The notes: generated by a model from the sequence alone, not told the origin. A DNA stretch of 24,673 nt from a virus (IMGVR_UViG_3300027863_000173:1-24673), one strand, 5' to 3'. Shown: positions 15,395-24,537, counted from the first letter of the stretch. Made by a program: numbers and translations.

Positions 15395-18033
15395 ATCGCA
15401 GGTATTAAATTACGATCTGAAAAAAATAAAGCCGACTCACTGGAAGGAAAAGAAGTCTGTGAATCTAAACTTTGCTGCAAACCATCAGAACTTTCAAAGA
15501 TATATTTTGTCCAGTTTGGCACAGCACTAAAGGCAGCAATAACAGGAGCAGTAGTTTGAGAAGTGCCATAAGAATACATAAAAGATAGTTTGTATTCTCC
15601 AGGGGGTAAAGTTAAGGGGCTGGAAAATGTTTTAGTCGAAAGGTTAGCGGTTTTCCACATTGCCGTATCTAATATTTGCCCACCAGCGACTATATTCCAG
15701 GTTCCAGAAGTGCAAGAGTATAATTGAATGCCGTTTGGCCCGGCGGCTGTTTTTGCAATATAAGCGCCGGCAGTACTAATTTGAAATTTAACTCCTATAA
15801 ATACCGTCGTATCTTTTAAGTAAAAGGTTGATCCCCTAAGTCGCTGTGAAACCATAGTTTCACCTGCACCTCCATTGGTTAATGTAATTCCGACAGGCAA
15901 GGCTTTAAAATTCATACCTAAAGCAGCTAATTCCATCGCTAATCTTGAATTATTCTGTTCAACAAATTTTGAATTAGCGATCTGATAACTACTTGAATAT
16001 TTAGACTCTAATGGAGCAGTTGAAACTCCGGTTAAATGAGCATTATGCAATAAACTATCGGATGATACAGTGTCGGTGATCAAATGTTTTACCTTATTGT
16101 AAATGTATTTGGACATTGATCCATTTCTGGAAAGGTTTGCAGTATCATTAGTTAAATGAGATCTAATATCTGAAAGTAAAGCAAATGTATCAGTCGTGGA
16201 TTTATAAGCGCTACCATTGTAATCTACACGAAATTTATTTACCCCATTTAATTGAGCTTGCAAAATATCTGCTGTACTCCCTGTTGAATTGCTAAAAACA
16301 GCACTAACTCCTGTTACTGAATTTGCGTATAAAGCATTACCAATTCCAGATGAAGCATACAAACCTATCCCAGAATAAGAAACTCCTCTTATTGCTGTTC
16401 GATTGTTTGAAGTATTGTTGCTTCCTGCAGTAAATTGACCATTAAGCAACAGATAGCCTGTTGAATTATATGTTGACAAAGATCCCGCCGACCCTCTAAA
16501 TAATGAAAGGGTTGTATCCGATATTGACGAATAAGGTGTATATGCTGATAGTGTTGAATTATAATTTAATAAATTGTTGGTTGGTTCCCAATGGTTAGCC
16601 CATATTGGAACGCCACCAGAAACGGTTAAAACTTGATTGGTTGATCCTATAGCTTTGCGTGTCGCCGCGCCGGATGTACCGCCGACAATAAGATCGCCAG
16701 GTGTTGTCATGGGATTGGCAAAACCTAAACCAGTTAACATTCGGGCATAAGCTTGGGTGGCAAATGTATCTGTCGTTGATTTATATGCGTTGCCATTGTA
16801 ATCAATTCTGAATACACTTATATAATTTTTTGCTGCTACAACTATATCATTTGTGCTACTTGAACTAATATTAAAATATCCTGCAATTCCGGATGTAGAA
16901 TATCCTTGAACGCCCATACCTGATGAGGAAGAATTCCCAGTAACTCCTGCACCAGTACTCGTTATGCCATAAACACCAGCATTACTCCCTGAACTTCCAT
17001 ACACCGCGTGACTTGATGTTGAATATCCTTCAACACCGTGACCGTAATAAGATACTCCTTTTATTGCTGTTCTACCGTTCGAACTGTTTGAACTTCCAGC
17101 AATAAACTGCCCATTTAATCCTAAATATCCTAAAGAATTTTGTGATGATATAGAATTTCCTCTATATAAAATTAACGATGTATCCGAAATTGCCGAATAA
17201 GGGGTATAGCTTCCTAAACTCGAATTCCAATAAAGCAAATTATTATTAGTCGCTGATCCAGTTGTCCATACCAATTGATTACCAGTTCCCGAACTTGTTA
17301 AATATTGCCCGGCAGTCCCGGCCGTACCTGGCATTTTATAAATTCCTGAAAGACTATAAACTCCATTATAATCAAATGTGGCTTTATTGCTGTTATTTAA
17401 TCGTAAATCAAAAATATCTGAGGTATTACCTGGGCCGTTATTAGCTATTAATGGGATTCCAGATGTGGAGATTGTATTTGTTCCAATTCCGGTTGTAGCT
17501 GAAAACAATCCCGCTGTACCCCCTTGTGCGCTTCCTTGGATTGAATATCCTGTTATAGTTGAACTTTGAATCCCAATTCCTGATGTATTATTGGCCACAA
17601 ATGATGATCCTGAGGGCGCATTTACCCATAATCCACTCGGATGTAAAACTCCATTCCAATTTATTCGCGTTTGACTTGTAGGATCTTGATTGCCTAAATA
17701 AATGGCATTTTTAATTCCGGTGCCAGTTGAGTCAGGATAGGCTATATAAGAAGTCCCATTCCAATGAAGAATCCCGTCGTTAATAGTTTGTACCGAACTT
17801 CCCCATCTTGCTGTATCGCTGGCTTTAATAGACTGAAGCAATGGTAGATTGTTATGACGGTGAGATCGGATATAAGAGGTGTCCCAGTTTGTTAATGATA
17901 ATCTTGATTTTGACAAAACCGTGTCATTTTTAATTAGCACATACTTTGTAAAATTGTAGGGTTGTAATACAGGTATTGGCTTTTGGGCCATACAAGCGAA
18001 AGGAATTAATAAAAGAAAAAATATTTGTTTCAT
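15382..18033 (-). CDS. tail fibre/adhesin-like repetitive protein with signal peptide
   Basis: Gly/Ser/Thr-rich GVxGxS repeats; fibre-like motifs GTAGQYLTSSG, NPMTTPGDLIVGG, IGSTNQVLTVSGGVP; N-terminus MKQIFFLLLIPFACMA|Q. Confidence 0.7.
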   Translation of the reverse strand: MKQIFFLLLIPFACMAQKPIPVLQPYNFTKYVLIKNDTVLSKSRLSLTNWDTSYIRSHRHNNLPLLQSIKASDTARWGSSVQTINDGILHWNGTSYIAYPDSTGTGIKNAIYLGNQDPTSQTRINWNGVLHPSGLWVNAPSGSSFVANNTSGIGIQSSTITGYSIQGSAQGGTAGLFSATTGIGTNTISTSGIPLIANNGPGNTSDIFDLRLNNSNKATFDYNGVYSLSGIYKMPGTAGTAGQYLTSSGTGNQLVWTTGSATNNNLLYWNSSLGSYTPYSAISDTSLILYRGNSISSQNSLGYLGLNGQFIAGSSNSSNGRTAIKGVSYYGHGVEGYSTSSHAVYGSSGSNAGVYGITSTGAGVTGNSSSSGMGVQGYSTSGIAGYFNISSSSTNDIVVAAKNYISVFRIDYNGNAYKSTTDTFATQAYARMLTGLGFANPMTTPGDLIVGGTSGAATRKAIGSTNQVLTVSGGVPIWANHWEPTNNLLNYNSTLSAYTPYSSISDTTLSLFRGSAGSLSTYNSTGYLLLNGQFTAGSNNTSNNRTAIRGVSYSGIGLYASSGIGNALYANSVTGVSAVFSNSTGSTADILQAQLNGVNKFRVDYNGSAYKSTTDTFALLSDIRSHLTNDTANLSRNGSMSKYIYNKVKHLITDTVSSDSLLHNAHLTGVSTAPLESKYSSSYQIANSKFVEQNNSRLAMELAALGMNFKALPVGITLTNGGAGETMVSQRLRGSTFYLKDTTVFIGVKFQISTAGAYIAKTAAGPNGIQLYSCTSGTWNIVAGGQILDTAMWKTANLSTKTFSSPLTLPPGEYKLSFMYSYGTSQTTAPVIAAFSAVPNWTKYIFESSDGLQQSLDSQTSFPSSESALFFSDRNLIPAIWPY

Positions 18034-18034
18034 A

Positions 18035-18058
18035 TTGTAAAATAAGTATTATATTTAC
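18035..18058 (+). promoter_or_regulatory. promoter candidate for the plus-strand lipoprotein
   Basis: TTGTAAAATAAGTATTATATTTA matches the 10319/10462 motif at 20 of 23 positions and ends about 15 nt before ATG 18074. Confidence 0.65.
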
Positions 18059-18073
18059 CAAAAATATTTAACC

Positions 18074-18325
18074 ATGAAAGCACTAATTTTTTTAGCCATT
18101 GTTATTTTGTCATCATGTTCTATGTTGCATCATTATCCGGCACAAATGATCGTTGTGTCTGATAATGTCTATATTCACAAGGAAGATACCCTTAGTTTTG
18201 TTCACGAATTAAGAGATTCTACTTCCCGATATACTTGCTCTTTCTATATTCCCAAGGGTGATACTGTTTTGCTTAAACAGATCAGAACTCAGGATATGAT
18301 GGAGTATAGAATATGTCATAAATAA
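18074..18325 (+). CDS. small lipoprotein on the opposite strand
   Basis: MKALIFLAIVILSS|C lipoprotein signal; fills the gap between two minus-strand genes; has its own promoter motif. Confidence 0.75.
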   Translation: MKALIFLAIVILSSCSMLHHYPAQMIVVSDNVYIHKEDTLSFVHELRDSTSRYTCSFYIPKGDTVLLKQIRTQDMMEYRICHK

Positions 18326-19149
18326 CCAATTACAGTGAATAGCCCTATTAAGCTCATATTTGCTCCTGCATTATATTGGAGTATGCTATTATTATCAACA
18401 AAACACATCATAATTCCGGAATATTCTCCTCCGTTTGCAGCAATAGCATATACTGATTTATGCGTATCCCCTTTTTTTCTGATAAGCAAAGTTGCTCCTA
18501 ATCCTGTAGTGGCAACAAAATCTACATTTATAATTGCCATTCGGTTTGCCGGGACAATGGCCGATAAATCTAAATCATGATATGCATTATTCCTATTAGC
18601 TTGAATAGTAGTTGCATAATTATAAACTACATCTCCAATATGATCAGTAATTTGTGTCGCGGCAATTGCATTAGCTTGAGCAGTATTTGCTTTAGTTGTA
18701 GCATCAGCGGCAGCAGTTGCAATGGCCACATTTTTAGCTAATAATATACTTAATCGGTATGCATCCATATTCGTTGTAAATATGGGAGAACCTCCGGTTG
18801 CCGGAATATTTGAAAAATCGGCTAAATATTCTTCATAAGTATCTCGAGAAACACCATCACCATGAGGTTTATTTTCAATGCTTGTGGTAATTGGAGCAAG
18901 ATATTGACCAACATTAACCCCTCCAACAGAATAGTATATTTTACCAGACATATAAACTAATCCACCTGAATAATGACCAGGCGATCCGGAGGTATATGAA
19001 AATCCTGAAAGTATTGCAAAATCGGAAGGCCCTAACCCTAATATAGCATTTGCGAGAGTATAAAGCCCATTCATTGCATTTTGAATTTCATCATCAAATA
19101 ATGGGCCTTTTATTCCGGGATATGTTTTTCTATTAAATGGGAAATACAT
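18316..19149 (-). CDS. baseplate-anchored tail fibre / distal tail protein
   Basis: Follows J-like and I-like genes; AILSGF...GLVYMSGKIY N-terminus, Ala-rich linker AAADATTKANTAQANA, beta-rich C-terminal domain. Confidence 0.55.
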   Translation of the reverse strand: MYFPFNRKTYPGIKGPLFDDEIQNAMNGLYTLANAILGLGPSDFAILSGFSYTSGSPGHYSGGLVYMSGKIYYSVGGVNVGQYLAPITTSIENKPHGDGVSRDTYEEYLADFSNIPATGGSPIFTTNMDAYRLSILLAKNVAIATAAADATTKANTAQANAIAATQITDHIGDVVYNYATTIQANRNNAYHDLDLSAIVPANRMAIINVDFVATTGLGATLLIRKKGDTHKSVYAIAANGGEYSGIMMCFVDNNSILQYNAGANMSLIGLFTVIGYL

Positions 19150-19151
19150 GA

Positions 19152-19664
19152 TTAAAATGGTATTAATTGATATTGAATTCCTGAAAGCTTTATTTGTTCA
19201 ATGTCTGATATAATTTGAGCCAAATCTACTGAATAAATTGAATTTGGTATGTAAATTTTAACAATTGTCCCGACAAATGGATTATCCTCTATATTATTTG
19301 CAAAAACCGTATCATCGGGGCCGCTATCTAAATTTGCAGCAAAAATACTACTATTGGCATCTTGAATATTTGGAGCAAACAAATACCCCAATATATTTTG
19401 ATCAATGTAAATTCGCTTCAAAGTACTATCATAAAGCATGTTTAAAACATTTGTCAATTGCCCAACCTGCCATTTACAATTTGCAATCAAATATTCCCGT
19501 CTTCTCCATAAATCAAATTGATTAAACGGAATTTGTAATGGATAAAGGCAGCATAAGGCAAATTTGTACAAAAATGAAAGCTGGCCATTGGCATTAACGC
19601 TATGGTAAGCTCTCATAGACTCATAAAGCACTTTTGAAATCGTTATGTTTTTAAACAGTGCCAT
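19152..19664 (-). CDS. baseplate wedge protein (P2 gpI-like position)
   Basis: QVGQLTNVLNMLYD...RIYI and C-terminal IYIP...KLSGIQYQLI pattern; synteny after the J-like gene. Confidence 0.55.
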   Translation of the reverse strand: MALFKNITISKVLYESMRAYHSVNANGQLSFLYKFALCCLYPLQIPFNQFDLWRRREYLIANCKWQVGQLTNVLNMLYDSTLKRIYIDQNILGYLFAPNIQDANSSIFAANLDSGPDDTVFANNIEDNPFVGTIVKIYIPNSIYSVDLAQIISDIEQIKLSGIQYQLIPF

Positions 19665-20424
19665 ACGTGATATTTAATGTACCGTAATTAAAATATCCTG
19701 ATAATAAAGATGTTTCTCCGGCAAAAGCATTGCCGTCAATAGTAGTATTTGACAAAAATACTGAAGTCACTCCTGGAACATTCGCAACCAAATAGCTTTC
19801 AAAATCATAATTATGGAATATCCCATTGAATGGATATAATTTTTGAAATTGCAAAATTGCAGCCTGTACATTTGACTGTAAATTGCTTAAATTAAACGTT
19901 TTATTATAAATTATTTTTGCGTCAAATGCTAAAATATTACCATCACTTGAAACGATCAATAAAGGTAATCCAGGTATTTCAAAATTAGACATATAAGATA
20001 TAAAATTGTCTAATTGTGTTGAATCCAATGCAATCAAAAGTCCAGTAGTTGAATCAATAGTTGCAACTTTTAAAGCTAATGTCGAGGAAGTCCCGGAAAT
20101 AGTTTCCTCAAAAGCAGCCTGTGTAATTATCTGTTTATTAGTATCAATTAAAGCATAATAGTAGTTACCATTTGCATCAACAGAAAGATCATCTCCATCT
20201 TGGTAAGCTAAAGCCGCATTGGTATAATATTTTGAATGTCCATAATTTTGTTCACTTACAATCTGAGTAATAATAGTTTGAGTGTTTATTATTTCAGCTA
20301 ACACCGTATCTATTACCTGCGCAATAGCCTCAGCAAGCTTCGAAAATAAAGCCGCAACGCTTTTACTGTTCAATTGGGATATCCCAGCTTGTATGTTTGC
20401 AATTATGGTTTGATAAGTTGTCAT
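19651..20424 (-). CDS. baseplate J-like wedge protein
   Basis: Start set to ATG 20424; LKVA...FISYM...PG...IVS, PFNG, VPGVTSV, SGYF pattern; synteny. Confidence 0.6.
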   Translation of the reverse strand: MTTYQTIIANIQAGISQLNSKSVAALFSKLAEAIAQVIDTVLAEIINTQTIITQIVSEQNYGHSKYYTNAALAYQDGDDLSVDANGNYYYALIDTNKQIITQAAFEETISGTSSTLALKVATIDSTTGLLIALDSTQLDNFISYMSNFEIPGLPLLIVSSDGNILAFDAKIIYNKTFNLSNLQSNVQAAILQFQKLYPFNGIFHNYDFESYLVANVPGVTSVFLSNTTIDGNAFAGETSLLSGYFNYGTLNITYGTV

Positions 20425-20425
20425 T

Positions 20426-20818
20426 TTACGGGAATAAAACTTTTGAGTCAAAATTTATGTTCACATTACCACCAGTAATGGTAAAATATAAAGTTACTCC
20501 AGAATCATAATAATGTTGAATCATGACTGGTAAAGAACTATCTACGGGAGTAGTATCAATAATATCATTACCTCCAAGAATCGTTCCTATCTTGACTGAA
20601 GGTGTACCAAGTTGTGGAACTATGACAAGTTTCTCAAGCCATGTTTTAACGGCAATGCCCTGGGTAAAGTTTCCGGTTTGATTGATAAGAACTACAGGGG
20701 TAACTATGGCAGCATATAATTCTGTAAAATTTGCATTTATTTTGCCGGAAAATACATAAGCGGAGTCTCCTGTGCCATCGTTGGGAACCGTCCCTCTATT
20801 TATAATTTGTTGTGACAT
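20426..20818 (-). CDS. structural protein with T4 gp9/gp10-like N-terminal motif
   Basis: QIINRGTVPNDGTGDSAYVFSGKINANFTELY resembles the DGTGD...KINxNFxELY motif of T4-type baseplate proteins. Confidence 0.6.
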   Translation of the reverse strand: MSQQIINRGTVPNDGTGDSAYVFSGKINANFTELYAAIVTPVVLINQTGNFTQGIAVKTWLEKLVIVPQLGTPSVKIGTILGGNDIIDTTPVDSSLPVMIQHYYDSGVTLYFTITGGNVNINFDSKVLFP

Positions 20819-20819
20819 A

Positions 20820-21167
20820 CTATAAGTTTTGATCGACTGTTATTGTTGTCATATCCGCCTTGGCCGTTAAATTATTATCCGCAGTAAACACAATTTGTTG
20901 CGTAAAAGTAGCAATAAATTGCGAAATAAGCGAATCTAAATTTGAAATCCCCGAGGCATTGTTAGCCGGATATTTATTTAAAACTACCAAGACATTATTT
21001 TGAAGTTCAACTGTATCCGGAATTAAAACCTGTTGCCCTGGATATAAATCAGGCACCCATTCGGTAAATCCATTAGCATTGAGTATTTCTTCCCAATTGT
21101 CAATAGTCCCGGTTGCGTTAATCACGCAATCAGTTATGGTCTCCCCTGTTCTAACAAAATAAATCAT
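20820..21167 (-). CDS. LysM-like baseplate protein (tail X-like)
   Basis: YFVRTGETITD...EILNANG...LYPGQQVLIP is a LysM-like pattern. Confidence 0.65.
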   Translation of the reverse strand: MIYFVRTGETITDCVINATGTIDNWEEILNANGFTEWVPDLYPGQQVLIPDTVELQNNVLVVLNKYPANNASGISNLDSLISQFIATFTQQIVFTADNNLTAKADMTTITVDQNL

Positions 21168-21173
21168 AATGAA

Positions 21174-21881
21174 TTATTTATTAAGTCTATTTAACTTAAA
21201 GGTATTGGTTCTTTTTTCAATTGTTTCTTTGCTAAGTTTTCTACCCTTCGTCCATGTATTTAATCCCTTATGTGATTCGCTTACTTTTCTGCGTGTTTCT
21301 TCGGAATATTTTTTACCTTTTTTGGACAAAGACATTTTTTCTAAAGTTTCTTGTGAATAACAATTTTTCATTCCTTTATTCCAAGCGATTTGACCTTTAT
21401 GAGCATCACTTAATTTTTTTATTTGTATATCTGTCATTTTTTTACCTTTCATTCCAGATACTCTATTTCTTGATGCTTCCCCTATTTTTTTGCGCGTTTC
21501 TTCAGAATGGTTTTTCCCTTTTATCCAAGTAGTCTTACCCTTATGAGATTCACTTAGTTTTAATTTTGTTTTAAAAGAAGCTTTTCGTCCTAAAGTACTC
21601 CCAGCTATTTTACAAATATTAAACCAAGGATTAAGCGAGTCTATATAGAATTGTTCGAAAGCAATTAATGTTTCCTGAGAACATTCAATTATAACCGAAA
21701 ATTCTAAATCAGATTCACCATATTTGTTATAATGTCGCTGAAGTCTTTGATTGCCATGTTTATTATTTTTTAAGTCAGTTAAATGATAAGACCACCGTTT
21801 CTTTATATTTATGGCACTTCCAATATAAATTTTATCAGATTTAATCTTTGACTGTATTTTATATATTCCTGTTTTAGACAT
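21174..21881 (-). CDS. GIY-YIG homing endonuclease with NUMOD3 repeats
   Basis: TGIYKI...IYIGSA...KRW..H...EQFYID...FN; repeated HSEETRKKI / SESHKG units. Confidence 0.92.
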   Translation of the reverse strand: MSKTGIYKIQSKIKSDKIYIGSAINIKKRWSYHLTDLKNNKHGNQRLQRHYNKYGESDLEFSVIIECSQETLIAFEQFYIDSLNPWFNICKIAGSTLGRKASFKTKLKLSESHKGKTTWIKGKNHSEETRKKIGEASRNRVSGMKGKKMTDIQIKKLSDAHKGQIAWNKGMKNCYSQETLEKMSLSKKGKKYSEETRRKVSESHKGLNTWTKGRKLSKETIEKRTNTFKLNRLNK

Positions 21882-22182
21882 AAGACACTTTATTATTAAT
21901 TTGTATCAATCCCTCGCCAATATTATCGATTGTGAAATTAGCCTTTGTCCCGCCGTCAGATTTGACTTGGGCAATCCATCGGTTCATTTCAAAATTTGCT
22001 ACTCCAATTGGGGTATTTATCAATCTTTGCAAACCAATGCCAAATATCGGAAAACGAACGCTAAAACAATGAGCATCTCGGATGATAGCTCCATTCTGAA
22101 CGCTGGGATTAGATTCGATAACAAAATCGCCATTTTCGATTATAAGATCCCGGGCGACCGGATCAAATTTTAAGTCATTCAT
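21874..22182 (-). CDS. gp25/gpW-like baseplate wedge protein
   Basis: DLIIENGDFVI...Q...FPIFGIGL...DG; size and position after the spike gene. Confidence 0.6.
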   Translation of the reverse strand: MNDLKFDPVARDLIIENGDFVIESNPSVQNGAIIRDAHCFSVRFPIFGIGLQRLINTPIGVANFEMNRWIAQVKSDGGTKANFTIDNIGEGLIQINNKVSYV

Positions 22183-22787
22183 TGTTTTATTTTTGTGTTT
22201 TCAAGATCAGACTGAACTGTATCTGTAAAATTCAACGTATTATCTGGAGGAGTTAATGATGTTGCCGGGGTGGTTGAAACCGGGGTTGCCGGGGAACCTC
22301 CTGGATATGGGATATAACCATGCTGATGACTTTTTAATTTATCCTCAAGTCTGTTTATTTTGGTCAATAAACCTTGGAGTAGTACCATTCCATCATTTTC
22401 GCCACCATTAAAAACAAATCCATTTGCATCAATTTGCAAAGTAGAATCCCCAATTTTAACCAAAATCTTATCGCATTGATCCACCTGATAAAGCTGAGGC
22501 CTCCCAATATTATTATCCCGGTAACAAAGCGTGCAATCGCTCCCAACTTTCGGGATTTCAATAAATGAAGCTTGAGAACCTCGCAGAACTTTTAAAGGCA
22601 CGTTTAAAACATTCGTTTCAGTATCCGATCCATCAATATTAACGGTCGCTACCGTAACAACGCATGTAAAATTTGTTTCATCCACTGAATAGATAGTCCC
22701 TTCAATGATGACAGAAGCCCGGGTCACCATTTTCCCGAATTTTATCATCCCATCGTGCATTAATTTTTCGGCGCTGTCGTTATCCAT
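22179..22787 (-). CDS. baseplate central spike (gpV-like)
   Basis: OB-fold-like N-terminus (IPKVGSDC), short beta repeats, FNGGENDGMV, C-terminal HQH (HxH metal-binding motif of spikes). Confidence 0.75.
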   Translation of the reverse strand: MDNDSAEKLMHDGMIKFGKMVTRASVIIEGTIYSVDETNFTCVVTVATVNIDGSDTETNVLNVPLKVLRGSQASFIEIPKVGSDCTLCYRDNNIGRPQLYQVDQCDKILVKIGDSTLQIDANGFVFNGGENDGMVLLQGLLTKINRLEDKLKSHQHGYIPYPGGSPATPVSTTPATSLTPPDNTLNFTDTVQSDLENTKIKQ

Positions 22788-24079
22788 TATGATTGATCGC
22801 TTAAAAATGCAAGTTTTAATTTTTTGTGAAATCCGTTTTCTCCCAATGAATACTGAATCATTGTAACTACATAGTTTGCATTTCGCTCCGGATACCGGAT
22901 ATCAAAATACCTCACCTTCCAAAACAGATTACAGAAAGGATAAAGTAAAGTCTCTACCGTCCCGGTATATCGGTCCTGATGATATTTGTTTAAAGCTTCC
23001 TCTGCAAGTTTTTTATAATTTTCTGGAACCTGCTTCCCAGCATACGGGACCATTTTTCCAGGCGCAACTTTATAAAAGAAACATTCACGAAGCTGCCCGT
23101 TTTCGTCTCCAATCTCAAAACTATCCTTGGTCCCATTTTCTTTGATGAAATAAGCCTTTAGTTTTAATCGAAGAAATATAGAATTTGAACCCTTTGATTT
23201 CTTTTTGCTTTTTAAATGCTGTAGATTTGTAGTTTGCAAACTTGACGCAATCACATTCGTATCAGTCTGCAAAATCACCGTCCCATTGGTAAAACTGGCA
23301 ATATTGACATAAAGTTGATTGCCAATTAAAGTAATGGCCATTCCAAGTTCTTTTTTAAACCATTCTAATATCGCAGCCGGGGACATGCTAATAAAATGAA
23401 TATCAATCAATGTCATATCAAATATATCCGGAAATAACGTCACCAAAGGATAATTGGTGTCATTTTCTTCATTCCATATCTCAATATTGTAGTTTACTGT
23501 ATCAACAATATCTTGCATCAAATCTTTAAATTGAATCTTTGCATAAGAAGCCCCTTTGCCGGAAAGTATTTTAGGTTTACGAGCCTTTTTATTTTTTACA
23601 GCTGTGACAATTTTATCTCCATAAATTCCAATATTAAACCAATAAATATAATCCAAACACTTTATTTTTAAAGGCGTAGATTCGTAAAAGTCATATAAAA
23701 ACCCGTCGAAAATAGTCAAATATCCATCCGAATCCGAGCCGGGCGACTTCTCATATCCATCATATTTGGCTTTTACAATAATATGGTCCCCGGTATTAAA
23801 AAAATACCTGGATTGAGCCGTGATGTACCCATCGTTGGCGTGAGTAAGGTCTACTGCCGGATTCTGGTCGGCATAAGTCGGCGCATCGTTTTTATTATTC
23901 AGATATTCCAGCCGGATATTTTGAGGCATCACAATGTCGCAATAGGCCCCGATATGATTTGAATCGTTATGCGTTTCAACACTGACAATATTCTCATCAT
24001 GTCCAAATTCATGCACCACGGTATCATTAATGATAACTTTTGCATGAGCATTCAGATATATGTCATTATTCAGGTTCAT
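22787..24079 (-). CDS. baseplate hub (gpD/gp27-like)
   Basis: GDHIIVKAKY...IFDGF...PLKIKCLD, YTGTVETLLYP, YPERNANYVV; position before the spike gene. Confidence 0.65.
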   Translation of the reverse strand: MNLNNDIYLNAHAKVIINDTVVHEFGHDENIVSVETHNDSNHIGAYCDIVMPQNIRLEYLNNKNDAPTYADQNPAVDLTHANDGYITAQSRYFFNTGDHIIVKAKYDGYEKSPGSDSDGYLTIFDGFLYDFYESTPLKIKCLDYIYWFNIGIYGDKIVTAVKNKKARKPKILSGKGASYAKIQFKDLMQDIVDTVNYNIEIWNEENDTNYPLVTLFPDIFDMTLIDIHFISMSPAAILEWFKKELGMAITLIGNQLYVNIASFTNGTVILQTDTNVIASSLQTTNLQHLKSKKKSKGSNSIFLRLKLKAYFIKENGTKDSFEIGDENGQLRECFFYKVAPGKMVPYAGKQVPENYKKLAEEALNKYHQDRYTGTVETLLYPFCNLFWKVRYFDIRYPERNANYVVTMIQYSLGENGFHKKLKLAFLSDQS

Positions 24080-24537
24080 ACCGGAATATTCAATGATTTG
24101 GTTTGATTCAAATTAAGGCGCATTTCAAGGCATTTTAAGGAACCTATGATATTTGTATTCCCTCGCACATTTACCTCAGTGAAGCTCTTTACAATCACAT
24201 TTTGAATACCTTTTTTATTTAACCAAGTATTGGTAAGCTCTAACACTTCATCTAATTCCCATACATCAGTTGTCAATTCGTAAGATGTGTTTTGGCCGAA
24301 AATATACTTTTTTGTTGTCGGGTCTTGCTCCCGGATGGTAAAATTGAATTCGATTTCGTAAGGTTTTCGAGAAACTCTTTCAAATACACTGGCTCCGTCA
24401 AGTATTTTGCTTTCAGCAATGACTTTTTCGCCATTTAAGCTAATAGTAGTATCAATAGGCAAAGTAACACCATTCAACATTACCAGCGATGGTCTGTTTG
24501 TTGCGTCTAAATCTGCTTTTGTTGTAAAATTAGCCAT
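24076..24537 (-). CDS. DUF6046-like tail tube initiator/hub-associated protein
   Basis: ISLNGEKVIAESKI...VFERVSRKPYEIEF...LNKKGIQNVIV; lies between the probable tape measure and hub genes. Confidence 0.55.
   Translation of the reverse strand: MANFTTKADLDATNRPSLVMLNGVTLPIDTTISLNGEKVIAESKILDGASVFERVSRKPYEIEFNFTIREQDPTTKKYIFGQNTSYELTTDVWELDEVLELTNTWLNKKGIQNVIVKSFTEVNVRGNTNIIGSLKCLEMRLNLNQTKSLNIPV

Noticed and set aside
16180-17250. Diversity-generating retroelement TR/VR pair
   Set aside because: Both copies are in-frame parts of one protein, differences include indels and are not adenine-specific, and no reverse transcriptase is present.
381-23145. Plus-strand ORFs in the track other than 18074-18325, and nested minus-strand ORFs 8959-9246, 12630-12857 and 22364-22561
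   Set aside because: All are shadows of longer motif-bearing minus-strand genes and have no recognisable features.
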